53,540 nucleotides of DNA from Thermoanaerobaculum aquaticum (GTDB lineage: Bacteria; Acidobacteriota; UBA4820): NCBI GenBank assembly GCA_020722885.1, contig DYJZ01000003.1, forward strand, positions 1 through 53,540, written 5' to 3'. Positions 40,059-49,862 of the stretch are shown piece by piece; the first letter of the stretch is position 1; each line of letters starts with the position of its first letter. The notes beneath the pieces are model-generated. The model worked only from the letters and a program-made list of their open reading frames with translations, ran no database searches and was not told the DNA's origin. Made by a program: the position numbers and the translations under genes.

Positions 40059-40415
40059 ATGTACGAACTTATGGTAAAACTCCATTTTTCTTCGGCGCAC
40101 AGAGTCGAGGATTATCCAGGAAATTGTGAGAGACTTCACGGACACAACTGGACAGTCAAAGTTTATGTTGAGAGCGACAAACTCGACGGTCTTGGAATGG
40201 TTGTTGATTTCAGAACATTAAAAGAAAAAGCAAAGAATGTCATTTCTATTATAGACCATCAATACCTTAATGATATAGAACCATTCAAAAAAATCAATCC
40301 TACTGCAGAAAATATTGCAAAATGGATTTATGACCAACTTAAAAAAGAGCTAAGTGTATCAAAAGTTACAGTTTTTGAGAGCGAAGATTCTTCTGCTTCC
40401 TATTCAGAGAAATGA
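40059..40415 (+). CDS. queD: 6-carboxytetrahydropterin synthase
   Basis: FSSAH, CERLHGHN, MVVDF, DH.YLND and PTAEN motifs. Confidence 0.95.
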   Translation: MYELMVKLHFSSAHRVEDYPGNCERLHGHNWTVKVYVESDKLDGLGMVVDFRTLKEKAKNVISIIDHQYLNDIEPFKKINPTAENIAKWIYDQLKKELSVSKVTVFESEDSSASYSEK

Positions 40416-40416
40416 A

Positions 40417-41103
40417 ATGAAAAAAAAATTTAAAGGAGTTGACAGGTACCCTCTAATAGTTTCAAAACAAAGCTTTCTTATTGTAAATGAAATTTACAAA
40501 TCAATAAATGGTGAAGGACCTCTACAGGGCTTTCCAACTGTAATTTTAAGACTTACAGGTTGCAACTTAAGATGTGGATACTGTGATACAAAATATTCTT
40601 ATTACAAAGGAGAAAGGATCTCATTCAAAAACGCTCTGAAGAAAATCACCTCCTTAAAAAGCAAAAGTGTTCTTATTACGGGGGGCGAGCCACTCTGCCA
40701 GAACTCAATTTTTGAATTTATGAAAATATTGATAGAAAAAAATTATTTGGTTTCATTAGAAACCAATGGAAGTTATCCTCTTGACGAAGTCCCGGCAAAG
40801 GTTCTGAAAATAGTTGATGTAAAAACTCCGGACAGTGGCAGTTTCGGCTCCTTTCTTGAAAAAAATATTAAATATCTTGACAAAAAAGATTGCCTGAAGT
40901 TTGTCCTTTTATCAGAAAAGGATTACAAATGGGCAAAGAATTTCATTAAAAAAAATCAAATAAAATGTCAGATTTTCTTTTCACCTGTTCACAAAAAACT
41001 TCCACTAAAGAAACTGGCTGAATGGGTAGTCAAAGACAACCTTAATGTAAAAATTTCTTTTCAACTTCACAAATATATATGGGGTAAAAGAAGAGGTGTA
41101 TGA
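40417..41103 (+). CDS. queE: 7-carboxy-7-deazaguanine synthase (radical SAM)
   Basis: SINGEG, GCNLRCGYCDT, ITGGEP, LETNG and QLHKYIW motifs. Confidence 0.94.
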   Translation: MKKKFKGVDRYPLIVSKQSFLIVNEIYKSINGEGPLQGFPTVILRLTGCNLRCGYCDTKYSYYKGERISFKNALKKITSLKSKSVLITGGEPLCQNSIFEFMKILIEKNYLVSLETNGSYPLDEVPAKVLKIVDVKTPDSGSFGSFLEKNIKYLDKKDCLKFVLLSEKDYKWAKNFIKKNQIKCQIFFSPVHKKLPLKKLAEWVVKDNLNVKISFQLHKYIWGKRRGV

Positions 41104-41864
41104 TGGAAGAGAAGCAAAAATGTGTAGTTTTATTAAGCGGTGGTATGGATTCTCTTACCACACTTGCAGTTGCCTTAGAACAGAATTTCGATCCCTATTT
41201 AATCCATCTAAACTATGGTCAGAAAACTGAGGAAGCTGAATTAAGGGCTTTCAATAAAATAGCAACTTTTTACGGAATTAAAGAAGATAAAAGGATAGTC
41301 TGTCATACAAATTTTTTCGCGCTATTAAAGGGCTCTTCGCTTATTGACAGGGAAATGGAAATTCCAAAGGGAAATCTCGATAGTGGTGTAATTCCATCCA
41401 CTTATGTTCCTTTCAGAAATGGCCTTTTGCTTTCTCTTGCAGTTTCCTATGCTGAAAAAATAATGTGCAAAACCATCTTTTTTGGTGCGGTTTCTGCCGA
41501 TTTTTCAGGATATCCCGACTGCCGGCAAGAATTTATAGACAAATTTGCCGAGTGTGCAAAAGCAGGGACAACAATAACGGATATAAGGATAATAGCACCA
41601 CTTGTTAGCTTAAAAAAATCTCAGATCCTTACCCTTGCAACCCGCCTTGGTGCTCCTCTTCATTATACCTGGTCCTGTTATAAGAGAAACGATCTTGCAT
41701 GTGGGGAATGCGACTCCTGCCTTCTGAGATTAAGGGCTTTTGAGGAGATTGGAAGTTCTGACCCCATCCAGTACGCCAAATTTTCAAAAGACAGAGAACC
41801 TTCAAAGATTGACAAACTTGTTCGCCTGAAAAGACTTCTGAGTGCTTTAACTGCAAAAACATAG
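41100..41864 (+). CDS. queC: 7-cyano-7-deazaguanine synthase
   Basis: SGGMDS, YGQK, TYVPFRN, GYPDCR and TWSCY..CGECDSC motifs. Confidence 0.96.
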   Translation: MMEEKQKCVVLLSGGMDSLTTLAVALEQNFDPYLIHLNYGQKTEEAELRAFNKIATFYGIKEDKRIVCHTNFFALLKGSSLIDREMEIPKGNLDSGVIPSTYVPFRNGLLLSLAVSYAEKIMCKTIFFGAVSADFSGYPDCRQEFIDKFAECAKAGTTITDIRIIAPLVSLKKSQILTLATRLGAPLHYTWSCYKRNDLACGECDSCLLRLRAFEEIGSSDPIQYAKFSKDREPSKIDKLVRLKRLLSALTAKT

Positions 41865-41927
41865 AAATTGTCTTATTAAAGTTGTAAAATAAACACTTGG
41901 TTTACTTATGTTCACGGGAGAAAATTT

Positions 41928-42857
41928 ATGCACAGAAGAAAGGTTTCTGTCATAGGGGCTGGAAATGTAGGAGCGACCACCGCTTTAAGAATAATTGAAG
42001 GTAAGCTCGCAGATGTGGTGCTGGTAGATATAGCAGAAAGACTGGCAAAAGGTAAAGCGCTCGATATTTTACAATCCTGTCCAATACTCGGTAGTGACTG
42101 TTCCATTAAAGGAACAAGCGACTACTCTGAAACAGAAGGGAGTGAAATAGTTGTTATGACCGCAGGCATTGCAATAAGGCCTGAAATGAAGGCGGAAGAC
42201 CTTTTGCAAACCAATTTTCAGGTTGTCAAAAACTGCCTCGAATCGTGGAATAAGTACTGTCCTGAAGCAATAATTATAATGGTTACAGATCCTCTTGATT
42301 TAATGTCTTATGCAGCATACAGGTTTTCCGGGCAGGACAAAAGAAAAATTCTCGGAATGTCGGGTGTTGTTGAGACAGCAAGAATAAAAACTTTGATAGC
42401 AGAAAAAATAAAAGTTTCTTCTGGAGATATAAAGGCTCTTGTCATTGGAGGAAGGGGAGAATATATGATTCCTCTTTTAAGACTTGCAACTGTCAATGGT
42501 GTCCCTCTTGAAAAGCTTTTGAATCAAAAAGAGATTCAAGAAATTGTCTCTTTAGCAAAAAGAAGTGAAACAGAGATCATTCAGCTTCTTCAGGCAGGAA
42601 GCGCATTTTACGCTCCTGCAGCAGCCATTTTTGAAATTGTTGAATCAATACTTCTCGATAAAAAAAAGATACTCCCCTGTTCTGTTTATTTAGATGGAGA
42701 ATACAATCAGAAAAATGTTTTTTTATGTGCTCCGGCAAAGCTTGGTAGTTCGGGTGTTGAAGAGATAATAAATATTCCGCTTACAAGAGAAGAGCAAGTT
42801 GCTTTTGATAAAGCGGCATCCTATTTTAATCAATTGAAAAGCATTGTAAATCTTTAA
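41928..42857 (+). CDS. mdh: Malate dehydrogenase homologue (LDH-like fold) with substituted catalytic residues
   Basis: GAGNVG, GKALD and GSAFYAPA are present, but VIGGRG replaces GGHG. Confidence 0.8.
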   Translation: MHRRKVSVIGAGNVGATTALRIIEGKLADVVLVDIAERLAKGKALDILQSCPILGSDCSIKGTSDYSETEGSEIVVMTAGIAIRPEMKAEDLLQTNFQVVKNCLESWNKYCPEAIIIMVTDPLDLMSYAAYRFSGQDKRKILGMSGVVETARIKTLIAEKIKVSSGDIKALVIGGRGEYMIPLLRLATVNGVPLEKLLNQKEIQEIVSLAKRSETEIIQLLQAGSAFYAPAAAIFEIVESILLDKKKILPCSVYLDGEYNQKNVFLCAPAKLGSSGVEEIINIPLTREEQVAFDKAASYFNQLKSIVNL

Positions 42858-42881
42858 AACATTAAATTAAAGGAGGTGGAA

Positions 42882-43721
42882 ATGAGAACAATTAACAGCA
42901 AGGAGATAACAGAAGCAGTTATTAGGTTAGCCATTCAAAAGGCTTATGAGATAGGAGATGATATTTTAAAAGGTTTTGATTGGGCTCTTACAAATGAAAA
43001 ATCTGAAACAGGAAGAGAGATCCTTCAGCAGTTGAAAGAAAACGCCAAAATTGCTGCAGAAGGGGTGGTTCCATACTGTCAGGATACCGGAATGGCGGTT
43101 CTTTTCGTCGAAGTGGGACAGGATTTAAGAATCGAGGGAGACCTTGAAGAAGCACTTAATGAAGGAATAAGAAGAGCTTATGTAGATGGTTTTTTAAGAA
43201 AATCGGTTTATAAAGACCCAATTAGAAGAGTAAATACAGGTGATAATACTCCCGCTATAATACATTATTCGATAGTAAAAGGTGACCAATTAAAAATCAC
43301 CTTCGGGGCAAAAGGCGGAGGCAGTGAGAATATGTCTCGTCTTAGTATGCTCAAGCCAAGTGATGGAATAGAGGGAGTAAAAAATTTTGTCATTGAAACA
43401 GTTTCTATTGGTGGAGCAAACGCCTGTCCGCCGCTTGTTGTTGGCGTTGGGATTGGAGGAAATTTTGAGAAATGTGCCATCCTGGCAAAGAAGGCTGCCC
43501 TGAGGTCTTTTCAAGTAAGAAATCAAGACCCTTTCTATGCGGAAATAGAAGAAGAGTTGAAAGAAAAGTGCAACGCTCTTGGAGTAGGGCCTATGGGACT
43601 TGGTGGAACTGTTACTGTTCTGGGAGTAAACATTGAGGTTTTCCCGTGCCATCTTGTTGCTCTTCCTGTTGCTGTAAATATTAACTGTCATGCCGCAAGA
43701 CACGGCGAAATAATTCTTTAG
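42882..43721 (+). CDS. Fe-S fumarate hydratase (class I), alpha subunit
   Basis: CQDTG, NTGDNTPA, KGGGSEN, NACPP and NCHAARH motifs. Confidence 0.93.
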   Translation: MRTINSKEITEAVIRLAIQKAYEIGDDILKGFDWALTNEKSETGREILQQLKENAKIAAEGVVPYCQDTGMAVLFVEVGQDLRIEGDLEEALNEGIRRAYVDGFLRKSVYKDPIRRVNTGDNTPAIIHYSIVKGDQLKITFGAKGGGSENMSRLSMLKPSDGIEGVKNFVIETVSIGGANACPPLVVGVGIGGNFEKCAILAKKAALRSFQVRNQDPFYAEIEEELKEKCNALGVGPMGLGGTVTVLGVNIEVFPCHLVALPVAVNINCHAARHGEIIL

Positions 43722-43730
43722 GAGGAAAAA

Positions 43731-44288
43731 ATGGCAGAATACAGATTGATAGCACCACTTAAAGACGATGATGTAGTTAAACTCAAAATAGGAGATAAAG
43801 TATTGCTCAGTGGAATTGTATATACTGCAAGAGATGCTGCCCACAAAAGACTTATTGAACTTTTAGACAAAAACGAAAATCCCCCATTTGAAATAAAGGG
43901 CTCTGTTATTTACTATGTTGGACCAACACCACCCCGTCCCGGAAAGGTAATTGGCGCAGCGGGGCCTACAACAGCAGTCAGGATGGATGCTTATGCTCCC
44001 CGCCTTATGAAAGAGGGAATGAAGGGAATGATAGCAAAGGGAAAGAGGAACGATTCTGTTAAAAAAGCAATGATGGAATACAGGGTTGTCTATTTTGGCG
44101 CAACAGGAGGAGCTGGGGCGCTAATAAACAGGTGCATTAAAAAAGCAGAGGTTGTCGCTTTTGAAGATCTTGGACCTGAAGCGATCAGGAAACTCGAAAT
44201 TGAAGACTTTCCTTTAATTGTTGTAGGTGACTCTTTTGGAGGAGACCTCTACATTGGAGGAAGAATGAAATGGGAGAAAAAGGAATAG
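43731..44288 (+). CDS. Fe-S fumarate hydratase, beta subunit
   Basis: TARDAAHKR, AGPTT.RMD and DLGPEA motifs. Confidence 0.93.
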   Translation: MAEYRLIAPLKDDDVVKLKIGDKVLLSGIVYTARDAAHKRLIELLDKNENPPFEIKGSVIYYVGPTPPRPGKVIGAAGPTTAVRMDAYAPRLMKEGMKGMIAKGKRNDSVKKAMMEYRVVYFGATGGAGALINRCIKKAEVVAFEDLGPEAIRKLEIEDFPLIVVGDSFGGDLYIGGRMKWEKKE

Positions 44289-45847
44289 AAAAAATTCCAT
44301 TCCCTCCAACAAAAGACGACCTGAGAGAAATTTCAAAATTAAAAGAGGGAAGCCTTGACTCAATCCCCTTCCCATTTATTCTTTTCTCTCATTTTATCGA
44401 AGAGAGAACTTTAACGCTCGAAGTAACCAAAGGACGAATACTGAAGAAAGTTTTGATAGAATTTGGGACTCCGGTTGATTGTCAGTCAAATCTTGCCCAC
44501 GAAACCTTTGGAAGGTTCCTTTCTCAATTAGGAAAGTTTTCTGACGAAGAGGCAAACCTTTATTTTTCAGAATCAATTTCTAAAGGCATTCCTTTTGGAG
44601 AACATCTGGTTTCTAAGGGAATACTCAACCACTCTGAACTCTACAGATATCTTCAACAAAACCTTGCAAAAAAACTTCTTGATCTATTTCTTATAAAAGG
44701 TGGACAATTTAAACTCTCCTTCAACAATTTTGAAAACAGATCATCTCTCAAAGTTAATGTCCCCCAACTCATTTTCACTGGAATTACCAAATTCGCATTA
44801 ATCAATGAGGTTAACAAATTTCTTGCCCCCTTAATAGGAAAAGTTCTTGCGCTTTCTGTTGAAAGCCACTTTGACACCAATGAAATCAAATTAACAAAAA
44901 GTGCACAGGCTGTGGTAAAATCGCTTGAAAAACCAAAAAGGCTTGACGAAATTGTTTCTGAACTTTCGATTCCTTATGAAGATTTCTCGAGAATTCTGTA
45001 TGCGCTATGCCTGATTGGAATGATAGTTCCAGAGGAAAGAAACAAGGGAAAATCCGTAAAGAAAACAGAGCAAAAGATAGAAGACAACAAAAAAGAAGTT
45101 ATTTGTAATTCATCATTGACTGATGAACAGGTTCGAAAAATTAAAGAAAACCTTCACAAAGAGTATCTATCTTTCAGAGGAAAGGATGCTTTTGACCTTC
45201 TTTCTCTTCCAGAAACTGCAACGATATTACAAATAAAGGAAGCCTATCTTAATTTTGCTTCCAGATTCAATCCTGACAATTTCAAAGCAAATGAAATTTC
45301 TGATCTTAAGGAAAAGGCTATTGAACTTTTTCTTGCAGGGGCAAAGGCGTACGCCATTCTTTCTGATGGGGAATTAAAAGAAAAACTGAAAAAAGAGAGA
45401 ATTCTTAAAAGACAGAAAGCCTTTAGTGCTTCAACTCCTGAGCAAAAAGACCCCTATAAAGAACTTCTTGATGCAAAAACGCAGTTCAAAACTGCAAAGG
45501 CTCTTCGTCATCAAGGAAAACATAAAGAAGCACTGAATTATTTTGAATATGCTCTTGAACTTGACCCTCAAAACTCTGAATATGGGGCTGAATTAGCCCT
45601 TCAAAGGTTTCTTCATAGTGAACTATTTGCTGACAGATCTTTAAAAGAACTTGCCGGGATTTTAAAAAGAGAGCAGAACTGTTTCGTCGCCTATATAAAC
45701 ACCGCCTTTATCCTTGCAAAAAGAAACAATCTCGAATCTGCAAAGGCGAACCTTGCAAAGGCAGAAAAACTTATACCTAATGATCCCAGAATTGTAGAAG
45801 TTAAAGAGATTATTTCAGCCATGCAAAAATCCTTCCTGAAAAGATAG
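44270..45847 (+). CDS. DUF4388-like, J-like and TPR domain protein
   Basis: ETFGRFL...FGEHLV.KG.L region, FDLLSL..IKEAY..RFNPD..KAYAILSD and a C-terminal TPR (ALELDPQN). Confidence 0.75.
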   Translation: MGEKGIEKIPFPPTKDDLREISKLKEGSLDSIPFPFILFSHFIEERTLTLEVTKGRILKKVLIEFGTPVDCQSNLAHETFGRFLSQLGKFSDEEANLYFSESISKGIPFGEHLVSKGILNHSELYRYLQQNLAKKLLDLFLIKGGQFKLSFNNFENRSSLKVNVPQLIFTGITKFALINEVNKFLAPLIGKVLALSVESHFDTNEIKLTKSAQAVVKSLEKPKRLDEIVSELSIPYEDFSRILYALCLIGMIVPEERNKGKSVKKTEQKIEDNKKEVICNSSLTDEQVRKIKENLHKEYLSFRGKDAFDLLSLPETATILQIKEAYLNFASRFNPDNFKANEISDLKEKAIELFLAGAKAYAILSDGELKEKLKKERILKRQKAFSASTPEQKDPYKELLDAKTQFKTAKALRHQGKHKEALNYFEYALELDPQNSEYGAELALQRFLHSELFADRSLKELAGILKREQNCFVAYINTAFILAKRNNLESAKANLAKAEKLIPNDPRIVEVKEIISAMQKSFLKR

Positions 45848-45878
45848 TTATCTGATAAAATAGCTCTGGAGGTTATTT

Positions 45879-46538
45879 TTGAAACTATTTGCAGTAGTAA
45901 GCGAGCAAGAAAAAAATAATTGGTGCAAACCAGGACATCCATTTAATAGGTCTGACATTAAGATAGTCTATTTTTTGGGAGGATACGATCTTAAAGAACG
46001 ACTTTTGAAATCTGGACTCCCTGACATTCTCATTGTAGAAGATTCCCTTCTTTTTCAAAAGCCGGAGGAATTTTTGTGGGATTTGAGAGAAATTAAATCG
46101 TGGGAAAAAGTTCAAACCGTTTTAATATATGCAAAATCAGAAACTTACTCAGGAGCAAAACAGCCCAATACCCATTACTTTACAATGCCAGTAAGCCCGG
46201 CACAGTATGAAGAAGTTATCAAGTCAATCGGTAAGGTCGTTTCAAGAAGATATCCTCGAAAGGAAATAAACGCACCATGTAAATTAGTTTATTTTGCAAA
46301 ATCAATTGATTGCACAATCAGGGATCTGTCCTTAAGCGGATGCAGAATAGATTACGATGGAGAACTAAAAACTGGAACTGTTGTCCAACTTGCATTTGGA
46401 ATAAATTTGGGAACAAAAAGATTTGTTATAAAAACCACAGCGAAAATAGTAAGGTCTGTCAAAAATGAATATGGGTTAAACTTTTTGTCAATGGAAAGTA
46501 ATGATAGAAACCTTTTAAGCTCTTTTATAAGAGGTTAA
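45879..46538 (+). CDS. Receiver-like plus PilZ-domain (c-di-GMP receptor) protein
   Basis: RRYPR and DLSLSG PilZ motifs. The N-terminus is REC-like and degenerate. Confidence 0.8.
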   Translation: MKLFAVVSEQEKNNWCKPGHPFNRSDIKIVYFLGGYDLKERLLKSGLPDILIVEDSLLFQKPEEFLWDLREIKSWEKVQTVLIYAKSETYSGAKQPNTHYFTMPVSPAQYEEVIKSIGKVVSRRYPRKEINAPCKLVYFAKSIDCTIRDLSLSGCRIDYDGELKTGTVVQLAFGINLGTKRFVIKTTAKIVRSVKNEYGLNFLSMESNDRNLLSSFIRG

Positions 46539-46541
46539 ACT

Positions 46542-47552
46542 TTGCCTAAAGACGATATCAAGTTTTGCCACGACTTCCTTCCCAAAGTTTCAAGGACATT
46601 TGCTCTTTCAATTTCTCAACTCAAAGAACCATTGAGAAGTGAAATCTGCGTAACATACCTTATTTGCAGAATCCTCGATACCATTGAGGACTCCCCTTCC
46701 CTTCCGTTTAAAAGAAAAGAAAACTCAATAAACTTTTTTCTTGATTGTTTGGTAAATCAAAAAATAAACACCAATGCTTTTGAAGAAATTTACAGTGAAC
46801 TAAAGGAACAATCTTCGCCTTATGACGCTGAACTTGTGAAAAATGGAGATAAAATTAGGCGCTCTTTTCTCTCTTCAAGGAAAGAGTCCCAGGAAGCGAT
46901 ACACCCCTGGGTGGTTGAAATGGGAAAGGGTATGCTCCTTTACAACAAAAAGATGGAAGAGAAAAATGGGCTCAAAGAGATAAAGACTTTAGAAGATCTT
47001 GATAATTACTGCTACTACATAGCAGGAACAGTTGGTTATATGCTGACAAACCTTTTTTCTCTTAATTGCCCTGAAATTGATAAAAATAAATACAATTATC
47101 TTAAAGAAAGGGCTAACGATTTTGGCCTTGCACTTCAGAAAGTAAATATTTTAAAAGATATTAGGGAAGATTATATAAGAGGGTGGGTTTTTATTCCGCA
47201 GAAAATTCTTATTCAAGCAAAGATGGAGCCTTCTAACCTTCTTGATGAAAACTACAGCATCATTTTGTACAATTCCCTCTTTCCTCTTTTTGAAACATTA
47301 AAGAAAAATCTACAAAGTGCATTTGAATATTTAATAGCAATTCCTGAAAATGAAAAAGAGGTTCGTCTCTTTCTATCAACAAGTCTTTTTTTTGCTCGAG
47401 AGACGGTAAATCTCATCCAGAAAAAGAAAAAAAATTTTCTTTCTCAAGAAAAACTTAAAATATCCCGTCTTCAAGTTTCAAAAATCCTTGCAGCTCTTCA
47501 AAGCAAATGCAACTCAAACTTAAAACTCGAAAAGATGTGGAAAAGAAATTGA
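46542..47552 (+). CDS. Squalene/phytoene synthase family protein
   Basis: VSRTFALSI, RILDTIED, YCYYIAGTVG and GLALQKVNILKD motifs. Confidence 0.9.
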   Translation: MPKDDIKFCHDFLPKVSRTFALSISQLKEPLRSEICVTYLICRILDTIEDSPSLPFKRKENSINFFLDCLVNQKINTNAFEEIYSELKEQSSPYDAELVKNGDKIRRSFLSSRKESQEAIHPWVVEMGKGMLLYNKKMEEKNGLKEIKTLEDLDNYCYYIAGTVGYMLTNLFSLNCPEIDKNKYNYLKERANDFGLALQKVNILKDIREDYIRGWVFIPQKILIQAKMEPSNLLDENYSIILYNSLFPLFETLKKNLQSAFEYLIAIPENEKEVRLFLSTSLFFARETVNLIQKKKKNFLSQEKLKISRLQVSKILAALQSKCNSNLKLEKMWKRN

Positions 47553-47754
47553 GAAAATTCTGTACCCTTCGATTATGTGAATAATGTTAATTTTTACACT
47601 TCTAAAATGAAAATTTATCCCCTGACTTCCCATTTATTAAGTAATAGAGTTTTATAATGTTCTTTTTTAAATTGGGAAAGAGGTGAGAAAATAAATAAGG
47701 AATTCTGGTAAAGTCTTCATTAGTACGCTATTTCCATTAAATTTTCTAAAACAG

Positions 47755-47828
47755 GCAGTACCTGAACTTCCATTTTTGAGGACATTTCTAATCAGTCAAA
47801 GTGAGGGAATCATCATAATTTATTGTCT
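47755..47828 (-). repeat. Isolated degenerate IS-like end
   Basis: Reverse complement TATGATGATTCCCTC..GATTAGAAATGTCCTCAAAAATGGAAGT resembles 35598-35655. Confidence 0.55.
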
Positions 47829-48135
47829 CTTAATAGAAAAAGAACTATTGCGTAAATAAGTGTTTCAGATGTGCTTTTATTTCCAGTGCCTTAATTTAAA
47901 AATACCCAAACAAACAGAGGAATTGATAGAAATCTCTTTTACATATTACTTAACTTTTAGGAAGTTACGGATTAAGACGACTTCTCTTCTTTGTCTCATA
48001 ATTGCCTGAATTGTTTACTCTTCAAGAGAAGATGGGGAAAAGCTCTCTCAATTTGAAAATGATGAGCAAAATACTCTTTTACATAAAAAGTAAAAAAATA
48101 TTTTCTCTTTTAGTCAACAACCCTTTGAAAATAAA

Positions 48136-48609
48136 TCAAATCCTGGTTATAAGGACAACGGAAAAGGATTCTATAGCTTCCCCTTTCCCCGTTTCTCCTA
48201 TTCCCTCTTTCGTTTTTGCTTTGAAGGAAACCTGCTCCATATCTATATTGAGGAGGTCTGAAATTCGTTTCCTGATTTTTTCTTTATAAGGATAAAGTTT
48301 GGGTTTCTCCAAAATCACCGTTATATCAACATTCGAAAGGGAAAAACCTTTCTCTTTCAAAAGGCGAAGAGCTTCTTTGACAAAGATAGAGCTTTCTGCA
48401 TCCTTCCATTTTAAATCTGTGTCTTTAAAATGATCCCCTATATCACCGAGTGAAAGACTTCCTAAAATAGCATCTACAAGAGAGTGCAGAACAACATCCC
48501 CATCCGAATGCCCAAGTGCACCTTTTTCTGAATCAATTTCAACTCCTCCTAAGAGAAGTTTCCTTCCTTTTACAAGTCTATGGATATCCCAGCCGAATCC
48601 TACGCGCAC
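48136..48609 (-). CDS. ispF: MECDP synthase
   Basis: GFGWDIH, GHSDGDV, GDIGDHF and KAKTKE motifs. Confidence 0.96.
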   Translation of the reverse strand: MRVGFGWDIHRLVKGRKLLLGGVEIDSEKGALGHSDGDVVLHSLVDAILGSLSLGDIGDHFKDTDLKWKDAESSIFVKEALRLLKEKGFSLSNVDITVILEKPKLYPYKEKIRKRISDLLNIDMEQVSFKAKTKEGIGETGKGEAIESFSVVLITRI

Positions 48610-49304
48610 GGCATCCCCGAAAGTATTGCTTCCGCAGTTTCTATATCTTTTGGATAGGTGACTTTTATGTTTGAGTTTGAAGAAAAGACACAGACAACCT
48701 TTCCCCCGTTTTTAACAACATAAGAGGCGTCGTCAGTTCCTTCAAAACCTTCTTCAATTCCTTTCTTTAATGAATCATAAATTATAGGGAAATGGAACGC
48801 CTGCGGGGTAAATGCTCTTACAAGATTTTCCCTTTTGATAGTTTCTTTTACAGAGTCATTTCCCATCTTCCATATTGTGTCGGTCAGTTCAATTCCAAGA
48901 AACGCTCCGTCAGCGCTTGTTAGAGAATTTATTAGTGAAGAAACCTCCTCAGAGCTTATACAGGGGCGAACAGCATCGTGAATAATTGCTATTTCTGGAT
49001 TAGATTTTTTTAATGTTTCAAGCGCATTCATAGAAGACATTGCCCTGGTTTTTCCTCCTGGCACAATCTTTCTTCTGACATCTTCTCCATAAGGCTGCAG
49101 CGCTTTTTCAAGTAGTGGAATTTGTTCTTCTGGAAAAGTAATAACTATTGAAGAAACAATATTAAAAGACGAAAAAAGTTTTAAACTGTAATAAATCAGT
49201 GGGTGGCCCAGAACATGCACGAGAGGTTTTGGAGTAATTCCTCCAAATCTTACTCCCTTACCTCCCCCAAGAATCGCAACACCGATTCTGGGTTCAAAAG
49301 CCAC
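48600..49304 (-). CDS. ispD: MEP cytidylyltransferase
   Basis: GGKGVRF..PK, IHDAVRP, TPQAF, TDD and NIKVTYPKD motifs. Confidence 0.93.
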   Translation of the reverse strand: MAFEPRIGVAILGGGKGVRFGGITPKPLVHVLGHPLIYYSLKLFSSFNIVSSIVITFPEEQIPLLEKALQPYGEDVRRKIVPGGKTRAMSSMNALETLKKSNPEIAIIHDAVRPCISSEEVSSLINSLTSADGAFLGIELTDTIWKMGNDSVKETIKRENLVRAFTPQAFHFPIIYDSLKKGIEEGFEGTDDASYVVKNGGKVVCVFSSNSNIKVTYPKDIETAEAILSGMPCA

Positions 49305-49307
49305 TTC

Positions 49308-49862
49308 TCATCCCTCCATTATGTCTTTTTCTTTATTTGCAACCGAATGTTGAATTTCTTCTATAGCCTTATCGTGAAGTTTTTGAATTTTCTCAAAGCC
49401 CTCCTTTTTGTCGTCTTCTGAAATCTCTTTGCTCTTTTCTTTTTTCTCAAGTTCCTCTCTTGCTTCGTGTCTGATATGTCTTATGGCAATTTTTCCTTTT
49501 TCCCCGATTTCTCTCGCTTTTTTGCAAAGTTCTTTTCTTCTCTCTTCAGTAAGAGGAGGAACGGGAACCCTGACAACCCGTCCATCATTTGCAGGATTGA
49601 AACCGAGGTTTGCCTCTCTTATTGCTTTTTCTATAGCTGCTATCTGCTTCGGGTCCCATGGAGCTATTAAAATCATCCTTGCATCTGGAACGGAAAGATT
49701 TGCAATCTGTTGTAGCTGGACTTTTGATCCGTAATAATCCACTTTCACAGGATCAAGAAAAGATATTGTTGCCTTTCCCGTTCTTAATGTCATCAATTCG
49801 TGCCTTGTCGCTTCAATGGCATGCTTCATTTTTTCGTCGCATTGTTTGACAACATTGTTCAT
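49308..49862 (-). CDS. frr: Ribosome recycling factor
   Basis: LRTGKA, VDYYG and PPLTEERR motifs. Confidence 0.97.
   Translation of the reverse strand: MNNVVKQCDEKMKHAIEATRHELMTLRTGKATISFLDPVKVDYYGSKVQLQQIANLSVPDARMILIAPWDPKQIAAIEKAIREANLGFNPANDGRVVRVPVPPLTEERRKELCKKAREIGEKGKIAIRHIRHEAREELEKKEKSKEISEDDKKEGFEKIQKLHDKAIEEIQHSVANKEKDIMEG

Noticed and set aside
40059-41864. queDEC as a 7-deazaguanine DNA-modification (dpd) system
   Set aside because: No dpdA/tgt-like or dpdBC genes nearby and the composition is host-like, so this is ordinary preQ0 synthesis.
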